Source: the human T2T-CHM13v2.0 reference genome, Homo sapiens
DNA: 64,000 nucleotides
NCBI RefSeq assembly: GCF_009914755.1
Contig: NC_060935.1
Direction: 5' to 3' (one strand)
The translations under genes and the position numbers were made by a program. This document shows positions 59,815 to 64,000 of the stretch, piece after piece. The notes under the pieces are model-generated. The model made no database searches. It saw only the letters and a program-made list of their open reading frames with translations, and had not been told where the DNA came from. Position 1 is the stretch's first letter, and every line of letters starts with the position of its first letter.

Positions 59815-62800
59815 AGTAACCTTTTCATTTTAGAACAATTTTAGGTTACAAAAAGTACAGTTTTGGAACACAGAAAAATTGTGAAGATAATACTGATATA
59901 GGAGTTAAAAAGAAATTATTTAGGCAGCTAGTGAGGGTAAGAGAGTCCTCAGTAATGTTTTCCTTTTAATAGAAACAGCCTCCAAATCATTACTTTTCTA
60001 ACTAAAAGTAGCCTGTAAAATCGAGCTGCAGACATAGATAAGCAAGCTGGAAGCTTGCATGGGTGAATGCCAGTAGCTGTGTCAATAGGAAAATGTTATC
60101 TGGGGGTAAAGCATATTAAACATGGCGGCTGCATCTTCCCTTTTCTTTGTCAACCACTTGTACAGTAAGGAACAGACAACATGGCTCCAGTCAGGTAGAG
60201 AACCCATTTGCATAATTAAAGATTAGGGTGGGGTGGCCAGCTTCTTTGTGCACTATGCAAATAGCACACCTGGTCCAACCAATCTTTGGGCCCATCGTAA
60301 AACAGACACTGCCCCCTCAAGTTAGTCTATAAAACCCCTTGCACTTCATCTCATACTGGAAGACACACTCGGGATCCCCCACTCTCTGTCTGCAGGAGAG
60401 AGAGCTATTCTCTCTCTCTCTCTCTTTTTTTTTTTTTTTTTGTTTTTGCTTATTAAACCTCCGCCCTTAAACTCACTTCTTGTGTGTCCGTATCCTCGAT
60501 TCTTTTGGCGTGAGATGATGAACCTCGGGTATTCACCCCAGACGAGGATGCTGCTTCAGTACAAAATATTCCTATATACCCTACCTTCCAGTTTCCACTA
60601 TTATTAAAAGCTTACATTAGTATTATACATTTATTACAATTAATGAACCAAGGCTGATGCGTCATTAGTAAGTAAAGTCAGTACTTTAAGATTTCCTTAG
60701 TTTATACCTAATATCCTTTTCCTGTTGCTGGATTCCATCCAGGTTACCATATTGCATTTAGTTTTCATTTCTTTTTAGTTGCCCTTGGCTGTTTCAAGTT
60801 TTTCAGGTTCCTTATTTTCAATGGTTTGAGGGGTGTGAGAAGTACAGTTGAAGTATTTTGTGGAACATACCTCAGTTGGGTCTTGTCTCTTACACTGGAA
60901 TTATGTGTTTTGGGGAAGAAGATCACAGAGGTAAAGTGCTATTTTCATCCCATTATTTTGGGGGTACATACTATGAACATTATACCACGATGATGTTAAA
61001 CCTGATCACATGGTAGATATAGTGTTTATGTATAGTCAGGTTTCTCCACTAAAATAACCCTTGTTCCCCATCCATACTGTACTCTTTGGAAGAAAGAAAG
61101 TCAATATTTGTAGCTCCCACAGAGGAATAGAAAATTATGCTTCAGTTCCTTGAGGGTGGAGAATCTACATAAATTATTTGGGATTCTTCTGAATGGAAGA
61201 CCTTATCTCCCATTTATTAGTTTTTACAACGTTTAGTTATGTCACTACTGACCCTTAGATATTTATTTTATACTTTGTTTTATAATCCAATACAATTTCA
61301 TTTACTGTCTTGCTCAAATTGTTGCAGTTTTGGCACTTGAGGGTTCTTTCAGTTGTCTCTTGTGTCTCCTTGGCAGACATCCCCATCATTGCATGTTTTG
61401 TTTTATTTTGTTTTCTTCCAAAGCCCTTCTTTACTTTCTGACACTACAATAAAATCCAGGCTGCCCTGGTCCTAGAACCAGCCATTTATTTAAAGAGCTT
61501 TGTTTATTGGTTAATGCTATTAGAAACCAATATATGGGCACAATTATGTTCCTTTCCAAGGTGCTATTGTTTCTAGGCCCTCTTAGCTGGCAGAGCAAGG
61601 GGATACATGGGTGTATACTAACCAATGTATATATACATATTTATAAATATTCTGTATAATTATCTGCACCTATATTTATCTAAACATAAGTTCATTCTGA
61701 TCTCTCCAACTCTAATCCATTGCCTAATGGGTCATTGGAGACTTTAGTCCTTGCTTGTCTGTAATCTCCTTTTCAAAACAGTGAGAAAACCTGGTTCCCT
61801 CCATTTTCTTGACTGTTCAATTTCACTATAAATGTATCAGAATTTCTACCCATATCACCAAGAGAAACAACCATCAACTAAAGTATAGTGCCTGTGCACT
61901 GCATTTTATGCCTTTAGTCTTACAGATTCTACTGTTTTCCAAAATTACTTAGGTAAACAACTTATACCTTCACCCTTTTCAATGAGATGGTTTCACATAT
62001 TTTTAATAGAATTAGATTGTTTTGTCAGTCTACTTTCCATCCAGAGATTCTGTATCTTCATTATAATTTTTAAATTTGCATACATTAAGGCTCATGCTTT
62101 GCTCTGTAAAATTCTATGGCTTCTGAAAAATGCACAGTTTCATGTATTCATAACTACATTATCATATGAAATATTTTCTCTGCCCTGAAAACTCCTCTTT
62201 GCTTCACCTATTAAACATTTTCCCTCCTCAATCTCTATTGTTTTATCTTTTTCAGAATGTATAATTGGAATCTTAATGATATGTAGCTTTTTCAGACTGG
62301 CTTCTTTAACTTAGCAATATGCATATAAAATTCATCCATTTTTTGTAGTTTTTTTTGGTGGCTCCTTTCTTTTTACCACTGAATAATTTTTCATTGCATG
62401 TATGTACCATAATATGTTTATCCTTCTACTAAAGAAATTTTGGTTGCTAGAGTTTTTACTATTAGGACCAAAAATGCTATAAACATGCAGGTTTTTTTGT
62501 TGACTTAAGTTTCTAAATAAATCGGGTAAATACCTAGGCATATGATTGCTAGATATTATGGTAAAACTATGTTTGGCTTATAAGAAATTGCCAAACTGTC
62601 TTTCAAAACGGTTCTATCATTTTGAATTTTCACCAGCAACGAATGAGAATTCTTGTTGCTCCACATCATTACCAGCAATTGGTTTTGTTAGTTTTTTAGA
62701 TTTTAGGCATTTCAGTAGGTGGGTAGTGGTATCTCGTTGTTTTAATTCGCAACTCTAATGTCAAATTATGTTGGGCATCTTTCCATATGCTTATTTACCA

Positions 62801-63530
62801 TTTTATATCTTTTGTGAGATGTCTTTCAGATCTTTTAGATATTTCACCTGCTCTTTAATTACTCTGTGTGTTTATTGTGGAGTTTTAAGAGTTCTTTGTG
62901 TATTTTGGATACATTTGTTAGATGTGTTTAGCAAATATTTTCTCCCAGTCACTGGCCTTTCTTTTCCTTCTCATTACATTGCACTTCACAGAGCAGAAAT
63001 TTTTCATTTTAGTGGAACCCAACTTATCAATTATTTCTTTTATATATTGTGCTTTTTGTATTACATGTAAAAATCGTCAATAGTTCTAGTTACATAGATT
63101 TGTTCCTATGTTTTCTTCTAGAATTTTAATAGTTTTCCATTTTATATTTAGTGTTAGGATCCATTTTGAGATCATTTTTGTTAAAGGTGTAAATTATTTG
63201 TCTAGGTTTGTTTTATTATATTGTTTGCATATGGATGACAATTGTTTCAGTCCCATTTACAAGAGTCTTCCAACCTAGGATTATGGGATATCTTTCCCTT
63301 TCCTTAGGTTTTCTATGATTTTTTTGTATTAGTGTTTTGTAATTTTCAGTACATTGGTCCTGTATTTGGTTATATTTATACCTAAGTATGACATATTTTT
63401 AGGTGCTATTGTAAATGATGATTTTAAATAATTTTTTAAATTATAGTTGTTTACTGCTGGCATATAAGAAAGCAGAAGATTATTATGTGTTAATTTTGTA
63501 TCCTAAAACCTGTTATACTCATGTGTTAGG
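59815..63530 (-). mobile_element. L1MD/L1MC-type LINE-1 3' region, split by an LTR
   Basis: 'cagaaaaattgtgaagataatac|LTR|gtacaaaatattcctatataccc...cttacattagtattatacatttattacaattaatgaacc'; long 3' UTR followed by ORF2 3' end remnants. Confidence 0.85.
59894..60558 (+). mobile_element. MER51A-like ERV1 solo LTR
   Basis: 'tgatataggagttaaaaagaaattatttaggcag...gcctgtaaaatcgagctgcagacatag...accccagacgaggatgctgcttca'; 4-bp TSD atac/gtac; TATAAAA at 60328, ATTAAA at 60452. Confidence 0.85.
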
Positions 63531-64000
63531 TTTGTGCCACTCATTTATTTTTTTTTTCACATGTGGGATAAGGTGGCAAAAGAGGGAAATGAGGAGAGAA
63601 ACAGGTGGTGACTGTCTGTAGCTCACACCTTCAAAAGGAGGTAATCCCATTATAGAGGTCCGGGCTCTGTGACCTGAATCAGTCCTCAGTTGGCAATTCA
63701 ACACAAGTGTTCCCCCAAATTAATGTTCTTTATACTGAAATTGGATCTTAAGATCCCTGGAACTCTTGCAGGACAAGTAGTCAATGTGGGCCTATCGAGA
63801 AGGTAATTTATTGATATGCAGTCAAATATGGGTTTATTAGAGCCAATAGGCTGTGCTAATAGATTGAGTGTGAATTATATGACACAGGAGAGGAACTGAT
63901 AATTAATAGCATAATTTACTAAAATTTGGAACACAGGACAAGGAAATTAAGTTTTGGATATATGGAATTTGAGATGCCTTTAGAAACGAAATGTAAATGC

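Overview
AT-rich, CpG-depleted primate (human-like) genomic DNA with dense interspersed repeats. I found no supportable host protein-coding gene, rRNA, tRNA or CRISPR array. Every ORF in the track is either a transposon remnant (THE1 internal ORF, L1 ORF1/ORF2, class III ERV pol, Tigger1 transposase) or a chance frame. The main features are: a full-length THE1 provirus (13105-15463); a multi-level nest at 19910-28150 (old L1M host, a near full-length L1PA13-16-type element carrying a THE1A LTR in its ORF2 start, and an L1MA 3' end); a 4 kb LTR-less class III ERV gag-pro-pol relic next to a HERV16/LTR16 relic; solo LTRs (LTR9-like, MER52A, MER51A-like, MLT1); an internally deleted Tigger1; and three Alus. 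The most interesting small-scale signals are a tailless U2 snRNA retrocopy with a perfect 19-bp TSD, an ancient MER135-like palindrome, a fold-back repair scar beside an L1 5' junction, an intact splice acceptor after the ERV pol, possible G-to-A hypermutation of that ERV, and candidate regulatory or splice sites. Subfamily names come from recalled consensus sequences, not from a database search. Boundaries of old repeats are approximate. I see no evidence for a new multi-gene biological system.
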